Position numbers and translations under genes: made by a program
In this document: piece after piece, positions 20,585-32,970 of the stretch
Position numbering within the stretch: position 1 is the stretch's first letter
Layout: each line of letters begins with the position of its first letter
Notes under the pieces: generated by a model
The model's database searches: none
What the model was told of the DNA's origin: nothing
Seen by the model: only the letters and a program-made list of their open reading frames with translations
DNA from: Actinomycetes bacterium
GTDB lineage: Bacteria; Actinomycetota; CALGFH01
DNA: 43,995 nt
Assembly: GCA_044870185.1 (NCBI GenBank)
Contig: JBIOYL010000098.1
Location: 1-43,995, forward strand
Direction: 5' to 3'

Positions 20585-21621
20585 GCGGTCTCGTCCTGGG
20601 CGGCGCGCACGATCCCGGCCAGCCGGCGGCGCACCTCGGCCGGCGATGGGCGCTCGCCAGGTGCCTTGACGAGCAGCGCGCCGAGCACCGGGGCGAGCGC
20701 GCCGGCCCGTAGCGGCGGCCGGGGCGGGTCGCGCACCACGGCGGTGAGCGTCGGGATGGAGGCGCCGCGCTCGAACGGCGCCGTCCCCTCGACCGCGAAG
20801 TACAGGGTCGCGCCGAGCGCCCACAGATCGGTGGCCGGGCCGACGGAGCGGCCGCTTGCCTGCTCGGGGGCCATGTAGGCGGGCGAGCCGATCACCAGCC
20901 CGGTGGCGGTGAGCCGAGGGTCGCCGGCCAGGGAGGCGATGCCGAAGTCGGCCAGCTTGGCCGAGCCGTCCCGGCCGACCATCACGTTGCCCGGCTTCAC
21001 GTCCCGGTGGACGATCCCGACCCGGTGGGCCGCCTCGAGCGCGGCGAGCACCTGCAGGCCGATCTCGGCGGCGCGGGCCGCAGGCAGCGGCCCCTGCCCG
21101 CGGACCAGCTCGGCCAGGGTCGGCGCGTCGACCAGCTCCATGACGATGAACGCCTGGCCCTCCTCCTGCAGCACGTCGTAGAGGGTCACGGCGCCCGGGT
21201 GGTTCAGGCGGGCGGCGGCCCGCGCCTCCCGCAGCACGCGCGCCCGCATGGCGGCACGCTCGTCGTCGGGGACGGTCGGCGGGATCTGGACCTGCTTGAT
21301 CGCCACCGCGCGCCCGAGCAGCCGGTCCTCGGCGCGCCAGACGACCCCCATGCCACCCCGCCCGAGCGGGGTCTGGAGGACGTAGCGGTTGGCGACGAGG
21401 TGTTCGGAGGTGCGCTTGGCCATGACGGCTCCACCCTACCGGATGGCCGCAACACGCACGCACGCAGATCCGTGGAAAGCGGCTATGACCTGCGGATTCC
21501 CGCAAACGACACGACTGCGGCCCGTGGTACAGTCCATGGCGCGACACGCCCACGGCGACGCGCCCTCGGACGCGACCCACGCCGGCGGCGACCCGCGCCC
21601 TGGAGGAGGTAACCGGCGGGG

Positions 21622-22002
21622 ATGCAACGCCTCGGAACGCTCTACCGCGGCCGCGAGAACCAGTGGACCTGGGTCCTGCACCGCATCAGCGGCGCCGCGA
21701 TCCTGTTCTTCCTGTTCGCCCACGTGACCGACACGGCCCTGGTCAACGTCTCGCCCGAGGCCTACGACCGGGTCATCGACACCTACCGCAACCCGATCGT
21801 CGGCCTGCTGGAGATCGCCCTGGCCGTGGCCGTGCTGTTCCACGCGCTCAACGGCCTGCGCATCATCCTGTTCGACTTCTGGTCCAAGGGCGTGGCCCGC
21901 CAGCGCCAGCTGCTGTACGCCCAGCTCGCCACCTTCGTCGTGCTGGCCGCCCCGGCGGTGTTCTTCATGGGCCGCAACCTGCTCCGGGAACTGCAGGCAT
22001 GA
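21622..22002 (+). CDS. sdhC: succinate dehydrogenase cytochrome b subunit
   Basis: 'WTWVLHRISGAAILFFLFAHV' and 'LFHALNGLRIILFDFW', three TM helices, first gene of sdhCDAB. Confidence 0.85.
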   Translation: MQRLGTLYRGRENQWTWVLHRISGAAILFFLFAHVTDTALVNVSPEAYDRVIDTYRNPIVGLLEIALAVAVLFHALNGLRIILFDFWSKGVARQRQLLYAQLATFVVLAAPAVFFMGRNLLRELQA

Positions 22003-22424
22003 GCGTCGAGCTCACCCCGGCGTCGGCGCCCCGGCCCGCCACGGCCGGCCGCCAGCCCACCCCCCGCGCCACCGGCGGCAACTTCGAGCTGTACGCGTGG
22101 GTGTTCATGCGCGTGTCGGGCGTGCTGCTGGTGCTGCTGATCCTGGTCCACCTGACCATCATGCTGGCGGTGGACCGCGGCATCGGCCGGGTGGACTTCG
22201 CCTTCGTGTCCGGGCGCTGGGCCAGCCCGTTCTGGCGCGTCTACGACTTCGCCATGCTGGTGCTCGCCCTGCTGCACGGCGGCAACGGGCTGCGGGTGAT
22301 CATCGACGACTACGCGCGCAGCGGCTACCGGCGGCTGGTCTACCAGTGGGGGCTGGGGGTCGTCGTCGCCGTCTCGCTGGCGCTCGGGTCGCTGACCATC
22401 TTCATGTTCTCGCCCAAAGGCTAG
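21999..22424 (+). CDS. sdhD: succinate dehydrogenase hydrophobic membrane anchor subunit
   Basis: ATGA overlap with sdhC. '[23 protein letters not shown]' and '[15 protein letters not shown]'. Confidence 0.8.
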   Translation: MSVELTPASAPRPATAGRQPTPRATGGNFELYAWVFMRVSGVLLVLLILVHLTIMLAVDRGIGRVDFAFVSGRWASPFWRVYDFAMLVLALLHGGNGLRVIIDDYARSGYRRLVYQWGLGVVVAVSLALGSLTIFMFSPKG

Positions 22425-22443
22425 GCCTTCGAGGAGCCGGTGG

Positions 22444-24180
22444 ATGACCCAGCAGCACACCTTCGACGTGGTGATCGTGGGGGCGGGCGGCGCGGGCCTG
22501 CGGGCCGCGCTGGAGGCCTCCCTGCGGGCCAGGACCGCGGTGATCACCAAGCTGTACCCGACCCGCTCCCACACCGGCGCCGCCCAGGGCGGCATGTGCG
22601 CCGCGCTGGCCAACGTCGAAGCCGACAACTGGGAGTGGCACACCTTCGACACCGTCAAGGGCGGCGACTACCTGGTCGACCAGGACGCGGCCGAGATCAT
22701 GTGCCGCGAGGCGATCGAGGCGGTCTACGACCTCGAGCACATGGGCATGCCGTTCAACCGCACCCCCGAGGGCAGGATCGACCAGCGCCGCTTCGGCGGC
22801 CACACCCACCATCACGGCGAAGGGCCGGTGCGCCGGTCGTGCTTTGCCGCCGACCGCACCGGCCACATGATCCTGCAGACCCTGTTCCAGCAGAACGTCA
22901 AGCAGGGGACCGTCTTCTTCGACGAGTTCTACGTGCTGGACGTGCTGCTGGCCGAGGGTCGGGCGGCCGGGGTGGTCGCCTACGAGCTGGCCACCGGCGA
23001 GCTGCACGTCTTCCGCGCCAAGTCGGTCGTGTTCGCCACCGGCGGCTTCGGCAAGATGTTCAAGGTCACCTCCAACGCCCACGCGCTGACCGGCGACGGT
23101 CCGGCGGTCTGCTACCGGCGCAGCATCCCCCTGGAGGACATGGAGTTCTTCCAGTTCCACCCGACCGGCCTGTACCGGCTGGGCATCCTGCTGTCGGAGG
23201 CGGCCCGCGGCGAGGGCGGCATCCTGCGCAACAAAGACGGCGAGCGCTTCATGGAGCGCTACGCGCCGACCATCAAGGACCTCGCCCCACGCGACCTGGT
23301 CAGCCGCGCCATCTACACCGAGCTCCGCGAGGGCCGCGGCGCCGGACCGGACGGCGACTACGTCTACCTGGACGTCAGCCACCTCGACCCCAAGCTGATC
23401 GACGCCAAGCTGCCCGACATCACCGAGTTCGCCCGCACCTACCTGGGCGTGGAGCCCAAGCAGGAGGGCGTGCCGATCCAGCCGACCGCCCACTACGCGA
23501 TGGGCGGCATCCCCACCAACGTCGACGCCGAGGTGGTCGTGGACGCGGCCGGCACCGTGCTGCCCGGCCTGTACGCGGCCGGGGAGTGCGCCTGCGTGTC
23601 GGTGCACGGGGCCAACCGGCTCGGCACCAACTCGCTGCTGGACATCGTGGTGTTCGGCAAGCGGGCCGGCGTCAACGCCGCCACCCACGCCCGCGCCGTG
23701 GCCCGCCACGCCGAGCTGCCCGCCGACCCGGCCGGCGAGGTGGGCCGGATGCTGGCGGGTCTGCTGGACCACCCGCCGGGCGAGCGGGCCGCCGCCATCC
23801 GCGGCGACCTGCAGGCCGCCATGGACGACAAAGCGGGCGTGTACCGCACCGAGACGCTGCTCAAGGAGATGGAGGTCGAGCTGGGCTCGTTGCGCGAGCG
23901 CTACCAGCGGGTCTGGGTGCAGGACACCTCCCGCCGCTACAATACCGACCTGCTCGAGACGGTCGAGCTGGGCTTCCTGCTCGACCTGGCCCAGACGCTG
24001 GTGGTGGGCGCGCGTGCCCGCCAGGAGAGCCGCGGCGGCCACTTCCGCGAGGACTTCCCCGCCCGCGACGACAAGGCGTGGCTGCGGCACTCGCTGGCCG
24101 TCAAGCACGGCGAGGAGGTGCGGCTGGCCTACAAGCCGGTCACGATCACCCGCTACGAGCCGATGGAGCGCAAGTACTGA
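22444..24180 (+). CDS. sdhA: succinate dehydrogenase flavoprotein subunit
   Basis: '[14 protein letters not shown]', '[10 protein letters not shown]' (covalent FAD His), 'FHPTG' and '[10 protein letters not shown]'. Confidence 0.95.
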   Translation: MTQQHTFDVVIVGAGGAGLRAALEASLRARTAVITKLYPTRSHTGAAQGGMCAALANVEADNWEWHTFDTVKGGDYLVDQDAAEIMCREAIEAVYDLEHMGMPFNRTPEGRIDQRRFGGHTHHHGEGPVRRSCFAADRTGHMILQTLFQQNVKQGTVFFDEFYVLDVLLAEGRAAGVVAYELATGELHVFRAKSVVFATGGFGKMFKVTSNAHALTGDGPAVCYRRSIPLEDMEFFQFHPTGLYRLGILLSEAARGEGGILRNKDGERFMERYAPTIKDLAPRDLVSRAIYTELREGRGAGPDGDYVYLDVSHLDPKLIDAKLPDITEFARTYLGVEPKQEGVPIQPTAHYAMGGIPTNVDAEVVVDAAGTVLPGLYAAGECACVSVHGANRLGTNSLLDIVVFGKRAGVNAATHARAVARHAELPADPAGEVGRMLAGLLDHPPGERAAAIRGDLQAAMDDKAGVYRTETLLKEMEVELGSLRERYQRVWVQDTSRRYNTDLLETVELGFLLDLAQTLVVGARARQESRGGHFREDFPARDDKAWLRHSLAVKHGEEVRLAYKPVTITRYEPMERKY

Positions 24181-24237
24181 CCCGGCCCTTCACCCCACCC
24201 CCGCCGCTTCGCCCGCCCCCAGGAGCACCCGCCATCC

Positions 24238-24936
24238 ATGCAGGTCACGCTGCGGATCCGCCGCTACAACCCGGAGGTCGACCAGGCGCCCCACGACGAG
24301 CAGTACCAGGTGGAGGCCGACCCGATGGACCGGGTGCTCGACCTGCTCCACCAGGTCAAGTGGAACGTCGACGGCTCGCTGACCTTCCGGCGCTCGTGCG
24401 CCCACGGCATCTGCGGCTCGGACGCCATGCTGATCAACGGCGCCAACCGGCTGGCCTGCAAGGTGCTGGTGCGCGAGACCGGCGACCACATCACGGTCGA
24501 GCCGCTGCGCGGCCTGCCCGTCAAAAAGGACCTGGTGGTCGACATGGAGCCGTTCTTCGCCTCCTACCGCGAGGTCCTGCCGTTCTTGGTCAACGACACC
24601 CCGCCGCCCGACCGCGAGCGTCTGCAGTCCCAGGCGGAGCGGGCACGCTTCGACGACGCCACCAAGTGCATCCTGTGCGCCGCCTGCACCACCAGCTGCC
24701 CGGTGTTCTGGGCCGACGGGGACTACTTCGGGCCGGCCGCGATCGTCAACGCGCACCGGTTCATCTTCGACTCCCGCGACACCGCTGCCGGCCGACGTCT
24801 GGACATCTTGAACGACAAGGAGGGCGTGTGGCGCTGCCGGACGGTGTTCAACTGCACCGACGCCTGCCCCCGCGGCATCAAGGTCACCGAGAAGATCCAG
24901 CAGGTCAAGCGGGCGCTGCTGTTCCGCAAGGCGTGA
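24238..24936 (+). CDS. sdhB: succinate dehydrogenase iron-sulfur subunit
   Basis: Cys clusters 'SCAHGICGSDAM', 'CILCAACTTSCP' and 'CRTVFNCTDACPRGI'. Confidence 0.95.
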   Translation: MQVTLRIRRYNPEVDQAPHDEQYQVEADPMDRVLDLLHQVKWNVDGSLTFRRSCAHGICGSDAMLINGANRLACKVLVRETGDHITVEPLRGLPVKKDLVVDMEPFFASYREVLPFLVNDTPPPDRERLQSQAERARFDDATKCILCAACTTSCPVFWADGDYFGPAAIVNAHRFIFDSRDTAAGRRLDILNDKEGVWRCRTVFNCTDACPRGIKVTEKIQQVKRALLFRKA

Positions 24937-24951
24937 GCGGCCGACGCCGGC

Positions 24952-25191
24952 CTACGCTTCTTCTTCCTTCAGCTTGGTGGGGGGCAGCTCGCCGGTGGCG
25001 CGCTCCCACAGCCTGTCGACCAGCTTGCGGACCAGCAGCACGGCCACCGCCGAGATCACGGCGAACAGGATGCGCTTGCCGAGCTTGCGCGCCTCGGCCG
25101 GGGCACGCTCGGTGAGCTTGGCCACCTTCTCCTCCATCTGCTTGCGGGTCAGCTCGACTTCCCGGGCCGTCGCGGCTGCGGTCTCGCCCAC
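24952..25191 (-). CDS. DUF3618-like small membrane-anchored protein
   Basis: N-terminal 'REVELTRKQMEEKVAKLTERAPAEARKLGK' helix followed by one TM (ILFAVISAVAVLLV). The annotated start overlaps the upstream gene, so the true start may be further in. Confidence 0.5.
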   Translation of the reverse strand: MGETAAATAREVELTRKQMEEKVAKLTERAPAEARKLGKRILFAVISAVAVLLVRKLVDRLWERATGELPPTKLKEEEA

Positions 25192-25661
25192 TTGATCTCC
25201 TCCTTCAGCTCCGCCGTGGTCTTGGTCAGCTCGGCCCGGGCCCGTTCGGGTGCCATCTTGGACGCCTGCAGCCGTTTCCTGCCCACCAGGCCGAACACGC
25301 CAGCCACGAGCAGCTGCACGGCGGTCACGATGGCGAAGCCGAGCCAGATCGGGCCGCCGATCGCCCAGGCGATGGTGGTGAACAGGAAGCCGAGCCCATA
25401 CAGCCCCAGCACCCCGGCGACGACCAGGAACGCCGACGCCTTCGCGGCTGTCGTCAGGCCCTCGCTCACCTCCTGCCGGGCCAGGAGGACCTCCTGGCGG
25501 ATGAGCGTGGTCGCGTCCTCGGCGATGCCCCGCAGGAGCTCACCGGTGGTCGGCTCTGCGTCTGGTGCGGCGGGCTGGCCGCGGGCGGCGACGTCGGGGG
25601 CGGCGGGCCGCGGGCCACGGGCGGCGACGTCGGACGGCGATGGTGGGTCGTGGGTGGCCAC
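25149..25661 (-). CDS. actinobacterial holin-X / phage holin family (superfamily III) protein
   Basis: 'TGELLRGIAEDATTLIRQEVLLARQEVSEGL' followed by two TM helices. GTG start 6 nt after GGAGGA. Confidence 0.7.
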   Translation of the reverse strand: MATHDPPSPSDVAARGPRPAAPDVAARGQPAAPDAEPTTGELLRGIAEDATTLIRQEVLLARQEVSEGLTTAAKASAFLVVAGVLGLYGLGFLFTTIAWAIGGPIWLGFAIVTAVQLLVAGVFGLVGRKRLQASKMAPERARAELTKTTAELKEEIKWARPQPRRPGKSS

Positions 25662-25769
25662 GCTGCTTCCTCCAGTGCGCTGGTGCCAGATACCAAGCCG
25701 GCGGCGCGGGGCGGCGCCGCCGGCTGCCGCCTACCCCGCCGAGCTTGGTCCGTACCCTCGGAGGTCCTA

Positions 25770-26726
25770 CTATCTGTGCAGCCGGCCGGCTTGTCCACCG
25801 ATCACCTCGAGCAGGCGCACCAGCGCCGCCCGGGTGCTGGGCGCCAGCCGACGCTCGGTCACCCCGCGCAACGGCACCCACTCCAGCCGGCTGTGCTCGG
25901 CGGGCTCGGTGTTGCGCGGCTCGCCTTTCCAGGCGGTGGCGACGAAGAACGCGTCGGCCCGCTCCCCGTCGTGGAAGCAGCCGAGCGGCGCCGGGTCGTA
26001 GGGCTCGACGCCGGCCTCCTCGCGCACCTCGCGGGCCAGCGCCGCCAGCAGCGACTCCCCCGGCTCGGGCTTGCCGCCGAGCGCATCCCACACGCCCGGG
26101 TAGCGGCGGTCGCGCCCGGTCGTGCGCAGGCCGAGCAGGACGCGCGGCGGGTCGAGCAGGAACAGCCCGATGCTCGACGCCTGCTGGTAGCCGACCTCGC
26201 GGACCAGGTCGGTACCGCCCACCCGGACGCGGCAGAGCAGCCGCCAGACCCGGTCGCGGCCCTGGAGCATGAGCGCGAGATCCGACAGCGGGAAGGAGGC
26301 GGCAAAGCCGGCCAGGTCCCGCGCGGCGGCCTCCAGCTCGGCCGGCGGCAGCTCCTGGGCGACGGTCACGTGGGCGTGGAACGGGTGGGTGCGTCGGGCC
26401 AGCGGCGCCCGGCGCAGGGCGGCCTCGATCGCCTCGAGCGCCGGCAGGCCGTCGGTCACGCACAGGAAGGCGACCCGGCTTCCGGGCAGGAAGGTGCCCG
26501 CCCCGCTGAGGGTGACCAGCGCGGGCACGGCTTCGCCGGCCGCACGTTCGGTCAGGGCAACCGCGTCCGGGACGGCGGCCTGGTCGACGTTCTGCGGCGG
26601 CACCAGGGTGATGTGCGGGGCGATCACGTCCAGGGTGGGCTCCCGCAGGGCCCGGCGCCATGCCTGCACGTGCAGGGCGAGCGGCTGGGGCAGCAGCACG
26701 ACCACGGCCAGGCGGCGTTTGGCCAC
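25770..26726 (-). CDS. fusion protein: N-terminal 2H phosphoesterase (LigT/2'-5' RNA ligase-like) + C-terminal Nudix hydrolase
   Basis: Two H-x-T-x motifs ('PHITLVPP', 'FHAHVTVAQE') in the first ~170 aa. Nudix box 'GGKPEPGESLLAALAREVREEAGV' (GX5EX7REUXEEXGU) in the second half. The GTG start shares one nt with the trpS TAG. Confidence 0.8.
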   Translation of the reverse strand: MAKRRLAVVVLLPQPLALHVQAWRRALREPTLDVIAPHITLVPPQNVDQAAVPDAVALTERAAGEAVPALVTLSGAGTFLPGSRVAFLCVTDGLPALEAIEAALRRAPLARRTHPFHAHVTVAQELPPAELEAAARDLAGFAASFPLSDLALMLQGRDRVWRLLCRVRVGGTDLVREVGYQQASSIGLFLLDPPRVLLGLRTTGRDRRYPGVWDALGGKPEPGESLLAALAREVREEAGVEPYDPAPLGCFHDGERADAFFVATAWKGEPRNTEPAEHSRLEWVPLRGVTERRLAPSTRAALVRLLEVIGGQAGRLHR

Positions 26727-27727
26727 TATCCGCCCCGGCCGGCCGGCAGGAAGCCCATGCGGTCCTTAGCCAGGCCGAGGGTCGCGCGGGCCACCCCCCG
26801 GGCCTTGGCCGCCCCCAGCTCGAGGATGCCGGCAAGCTGGGGCTCGTCGCCGCGCAGCTCCTCGTAGCGCTCGCGGATCGGCGTCAGGAGCGCGACCAGG
26901 ACCTCGGCCAGGTCGGCCTTGAAGTCGCGGTAGCCCCGGCCCGCGTAGGCCTCCTCGAGCTCACCGACCGCCTTGCCGCTGGCCACCGAGTACAGCTCCA
27001 GCAGGTTGGTGATGGCCGGCTTGTCCGGGCGGGCGACGACCTCACGGCCCGAGTCGGTGACCGCCGAGCGGACCTTGCGGGCGACGACCTCCGGCGGGTC
27101 GAGCAGGTCGATCCGGCCGGCCGGCGACGGGATCGACTTCGACATCTTGCTGTCGGGGTGCTGCAGGTCCATGACCCGCCCGCCGACCGTGGGGATGTAG
27201 GGCTCCGGCACCGTGAAGGTCTGGCCGAAGCGGGCGTTGAAGGTCTGGGCGACCTCGCGGGCGAGCTCCAGGTGCTGGCGCTGGTCGTCGCCAACCGGCA
27301 CCCGGTCGGCCTGGTAGATCAGGATGTCGGCCACCATCAGCACCGGGTAGTTGAAGTAGCCGGCCGGGACGGCGCCCTCGCTGCCCTCGGCCGCCTTGGC
27401 CTTGAACTGGGTCATGCGGCGCAGCTCGCCGACGGTCACGATGTTGTTGAACAGCCACGCGAGCTCGGTGTGCTCGGGCACGTGCGACTGGACGAACAGC
27501 GTGCACACCGCGGGGTCGAGCCCGCAGGCGAGCAGGATCGCGGCCATCTCGAGGGTGCGGCCGCGCAGCTCGGCCGGCTCGTAGGGCAGCGTGATGGCGT
27601 GCAGGTCGACGATGCAGTAGAACGCGTCGAACTCGTCCTGCAACCCGACCCACTGGCGGAAGGCGCCGACGTAGTTGCCGAGGTGGCTCGAGCCGGTGGG
27701 CTGGACGCCGGACAGGATCCGGGGCAC
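26726..27727 (-). CDS. trpS: tryptophan--tRNA ligase
   Basis: 'GVQPTGSSHLGNYVGA' (HIGH-type), 'KMSKS' and typical TrpRS length. GGAGGA RBS. Confidence 0.95.
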   Translation of the reverse strand: MPRILSGVQPTGSSHLGNYVGAFRQWVGLQDEFDAFYCIVDLHAITLPYEPAELRGRTLEMAAILLACGLDPAVCTLFVQSHVPEHTELAWLFNNIVTVGELRRMTQFKAKAAEGSEGAVPAGYFNYPVLMVADILIYQADRVPVGDDQRQHLELAREVAQTFNARFGQTFTVPEPYIPTVGGRVMDLQHPDSKMSKSIPSPAGRIDLLDPPEVVARKVRSAVTDSGREVVARPDKPAITNLLELYSVASGKAVGELEEAYAGRGYRDFKADLAEVLVALLTPIRERYEELRGDEPQLAGILELGAAKARGVARATLGLAKDRMGFLPAGRGG

Positions 27728-27758
27728 GGCGGTCCTCCAAGCAAGACGCGGGCGGCGG

Positions 27759-30629
<2,871 letters not shown>

Positions 30630-30662
30630 GTCCACGACCTCCTGAAGAATCGGACCAGCCCG

Positions 30663-30680
30663 CGGCTGCCGTGGCAGCCG
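30663..30680 (-). terminator. short hairpin abutting the mdh stop codon
   Basis: CGGCTGCC/GGCAGCCG inverted repeat. The loop is very small, so the effective stem is shorter. Confidence 0.3.
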
Positions 30681-31613
30681 TCAGCCGACCAGCTTGGCCA
30701 CGTCGGCCTGCTTGGCGCGCACCGCCTCGGCCGCCGCGCGCAGGTTGGCCAGCTCGGCGTCGGCCAGCGGCAGCTCGACGATCTCCTGCACCCCGCCCCG
30801 GCCGAGCCGGGCCGGCACCCCGAGGTAGACGCCCTCGACGCCGTACTGGCCGCTCATCCAGGCGCACACCGGCATGACCGCGCCGGAGTCGGTCAGGATC
30901 GCCTCGACCATGCGCACGGCCGCGCTGGAGGGAGCGTAGTAGGCCGAGCCGGTCTTGAGCAGCGCGACCACCTCGGCGCCGCCGTCGCGGGTGCGCTGGA
31001 CCAGCCGCTCGATGGTGGCGGCGTCGGCCAGCTCGGTGAGCGGCTTGCCGTCGACCTTGGCCAGGCTCGGCACCGGCACCATGGTGTCGCCGTGGGAGCC
31101 CAGCGTGATCGCCTCGACCCTGCTCGGGCTGGTGTGGAGCTCCTCGGCCACGAAGTGCCGGAAGCGCGCCGTGTCGAGCATGCCGGCCTGGCCCATGACC
31201 CGCCGCCTGGGGAAGCCGGAGACCTCGGCGGCCAGGGCGGTCATCTCGTCCAGCGGGTTGGACACGACCACCAGCACCGCGTCCGGCGAGCGCTCGACCA
31301 GCTCGCGGGTCACCTCGCCGACGATCCTGGCGTTGGTCTCCAGCAGGTCCATGCGGCTCATGCCCGGCTTGCGGGGCAGCCCGGCGGTGATCACCGCCAC
31401 GTCCGAGCCGGCCGTCTCCTGGTAGCCGTTGGTGCCGACGACCCTGGTCTCGAAGCCCTCGAGCGGCCGGGACTGGTTCATGTCCAGCGCCAGGCCCTGG
31501 GGCAGCCCCTCGATGATGTCGGTCAGCACGACCTCGTCGCAGATGTCCCGCTCGGCCAGGCGCTGCGCGGTGGTGGAGCCGTACTTGCCGGCGCCGACGA
31601 CGGTCACTTTCAC
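30681..31613 (-). CDS. mdh: malate dehydrogenase, LDH-like (Bacillus/Chloroflexus type, ~310 aa)
   Basis: '[14 protein letters not shown]', '[17 protein letters not shown]', 'GSHGDTMVP'. GTG at 31611-31613 overlaps the icd TGA (GTGA). Confidence 0.9.
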   Translation of the reverse strand: MKVTVVGAGKYGSTTAQRLAERDICDEVVLTDIIEGLPQGLALDMNQSRPLEGFETRVVGTNGYQETAGSDVAVITAGLPRKPGMSRMDLLETNARIVGEVTRELVERSPDAVLVVVSNPLDEMTALAAEVSGFPRRRVMGQAGMLDTARFRHFVAEELHTSPSRVEAITLGSHGDTMVPVPSLAKVDGKPLTELADAATIERLVQRTRDGGAEVVALLKTGSAYYAPSSAAVRMVEAILTDSGAVMPVCAWMSGQYGVEGVYLGVPARLGRGGVQEIVELPLADAELANLRAAAEAVRAKQADVAKLVG

Positions 31614-32701
31614 AGGCGTCCCTCCTGCAGCTTGGCGATCACGGCGTCGGCGACCTGGCTGGTGCCCACCGCGGTCGGGTCGTTGCGGTCGGGCTTCATA
31701 TCGTAGGTGACGTCCTTGCCGTCGGCGATCACCGCGGCCAGGGCGCGCTCCAGCCGGTCGGCCGCGTCGCGCTCGCCCAGGTGGCGGAGCATGAGCATGC
31801 CCGAGAACATCATCGCCATCGGGTTGACCTTGTTCATGCCCCGGTACCTGGGGGCCGAGCCGTGGGTGGCCTCGAACACGGCCACGTCGTCGCCCAGGTT
31901 GGCGCCGGGGGCGACGCCGAGGCCGCCGATCAGCCCGGCGCCGAGATCGGACAGGATGTCGCCGTACAGGTTGGGCAGCAGCAGGATGTCGAAGTTCTCG
32001 GGCTTTTGCACCAGCTGCATGCACATGTTGTCGACCAGGTACTCGTCGTAGGTGATGTCGGGGTAGTCCTTGGCCACCTCGCGGGCCACCGCGTAGAACA
32101 GCCCGTCGGTGTACTTCATGATGTTGGCCTTGGTCACCGCGGTGACCTTCTTGCGCCCGTAGTCGCGGGCGTAGCCGAAGGCGAACCGTGCGATCCGCTG
32201 GGTGCCGGTCACCGAGATGGGCTTGATGGAGATGCCCGAGTCGGGGCGGATCTGCTTGGGCTGAATGCTGTTGAGGAAGTCGATCACCCGTTTGGCGTCC
32301 TCGCCGCCCTGCTCGAACTCGATGCCCGCGTACAGGTCCTCGTGGTTCTCACGTACGATCACCAGGTCGATGTCGTCGTAGCGGGAGCGCACGCCCCGGT
32401 AGGACTTGCAGGGACGCAGGCAGGCGTACAGGTCGAGCTCCTTGCGCAGCGCCACGTTCACGCTGCGGAAGCCGGTGCCGATCGGGGTGGTCAGCGGCCC
32501 CTTGATGGCGACGTGGTTGGCCCGGATCGACTCCAGGACGTGGTCGGGCAGCGGCGTGCCGTAGGCGGCGATGACGTCGGCACCGGCCTCCTGGACGTCC
32601 CAGTCGAACTCGACCCCGGTGCCCTCGAGCACGCGGCGGGTGGCCTCCGACAGCTCGGGGCCGACCCCGTCGCCGGGGATGAAGGTGACACGGTGGGCCA
32701 T
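31610..32701 (-). CDS. icd: isocitrate dehydrogenase of the short isocitrate/isopropylmalate dehydrogenase family (NAD-IDH-like, 363 aa)
   Basis: '[13 protein letters not shown]', '[19 protein letters not shown]', '[13 protein letters not shown]', '[14 protein letters not shown]', 'FEATHGSAP'. Cofactor and substrate cannot be fixed from sequence alone. Confidence 0.85.
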   Translation of the reverse strand: MAHRVTFIPGDGVGPELSEATRRVLEGTGVEFDWDVQEAGADVIAAYGTPLPDHVLESIRANHVAIKGPLTTPIGTGFRSVNVALRKELDLYACLRPCKSYRGVRSRYDDIDLVIVRENHEDLYAGIEFEQGGEDAKRVIDFLNSIQPKQIRPDSGISIKPISVTGTQRIARFAFGYARDYGRKKVTAVTKANIMKYTDGLFYAVAREVAKDYPDITYDEYLVDNMCMQLVQKPENFDILLLPNLYGDILSDLGAGLIGGLGVAPGANLGDDVAVFEATHGSAPRYRGMNKVNPMAMMFSGMLMLRHLGERDAADRLERALAAVIADGKDVTYDMKPDRNDPTAVGTSQVADAVIAKLQEGRL

Positions 32702-32749
32702 GGGACTCCTCCTGGGACTCCTCCTGGGACTCCTCGTGGGACTCCTCCT
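32702..32749 (-). repeat. four tandem 12-nt units, each containing a Shine-Dalgarno sequence, abutting the icd ATG
   Basis: The minus strand reads AGGAGGAGTCCC ACGAGGAGTCCC AGGAGGAGTCCC AGGAGGAGTCCC ATG. There is a partial fifth unit at 32750-32754 and a dispersed copy at 32773-32784. Confidence 0.9.
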
Positions 32750-32970
32750 GGGACGGCCTGCGGGCCTGCGGTGGGACTCCTCCTGCGGCGGCCTGCCGGT
32801 CGGATTGCCGCGCCGGCTCGAATTGCCGTATCAGTTAGGGTATCTCGACCAGGATGGCAGGGCTGAAACCGGTCACCGGACGCGACCCCGGGCCCGGATG
32901 TGCGGAGTGCGCGTATTGCCTAGGATATGCGGGCACGACAAGCTCTCGAGACGACGGTGGAGGCGCTGAC

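Larger units (their letters stand above)
19403..21423 (-). pseudogene. transmembrane Ser/Thr protein kinase, reading frame broken once in the linker
   Basis: Kinase core 'GRGGMGVVW', 'AIK', 'HRDVKPGN', 'DFG', 'APE' is in frame A (21423 downward). The TM helix 'ALMAGLVALALAAAVVAGLAL' and extracellular domain are in the frame ending at 19403. Total length is 2021 nt (3n+2). A candidate site is the G5 run at 20338-20342. Confidence 0.75.

Noticed and set aside
20250-20600. Tandem repeats in the kinase linker, and those at 32702-32784 and 38537-38692, considered as possible CRISPR arrays
   Set aside because: The units are 12-18 nt and directly abut each other with no unique spacers. All are explained as coding repeats or an SD array. 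No cas genes are present.
27728-27758. T-box or attenuator leader for trpS
   Set aside because: Only 31 nt separate the acnA stop from the trpS start. That is room for an RBS but not for a T-box or leader peptide, so trpS is probably co-transcribed with acnA.
32571-32969. + strand ORF encoding '[18 protein letters not shown]...', which might look like a lipoprotein or signal peptide
   Set aside because: The Leu/Gly repeat is simply the reverse complement of the tandem AGGAGGAGTCCC units upstream of icd. The ORF starts inside icd antisense sequence.
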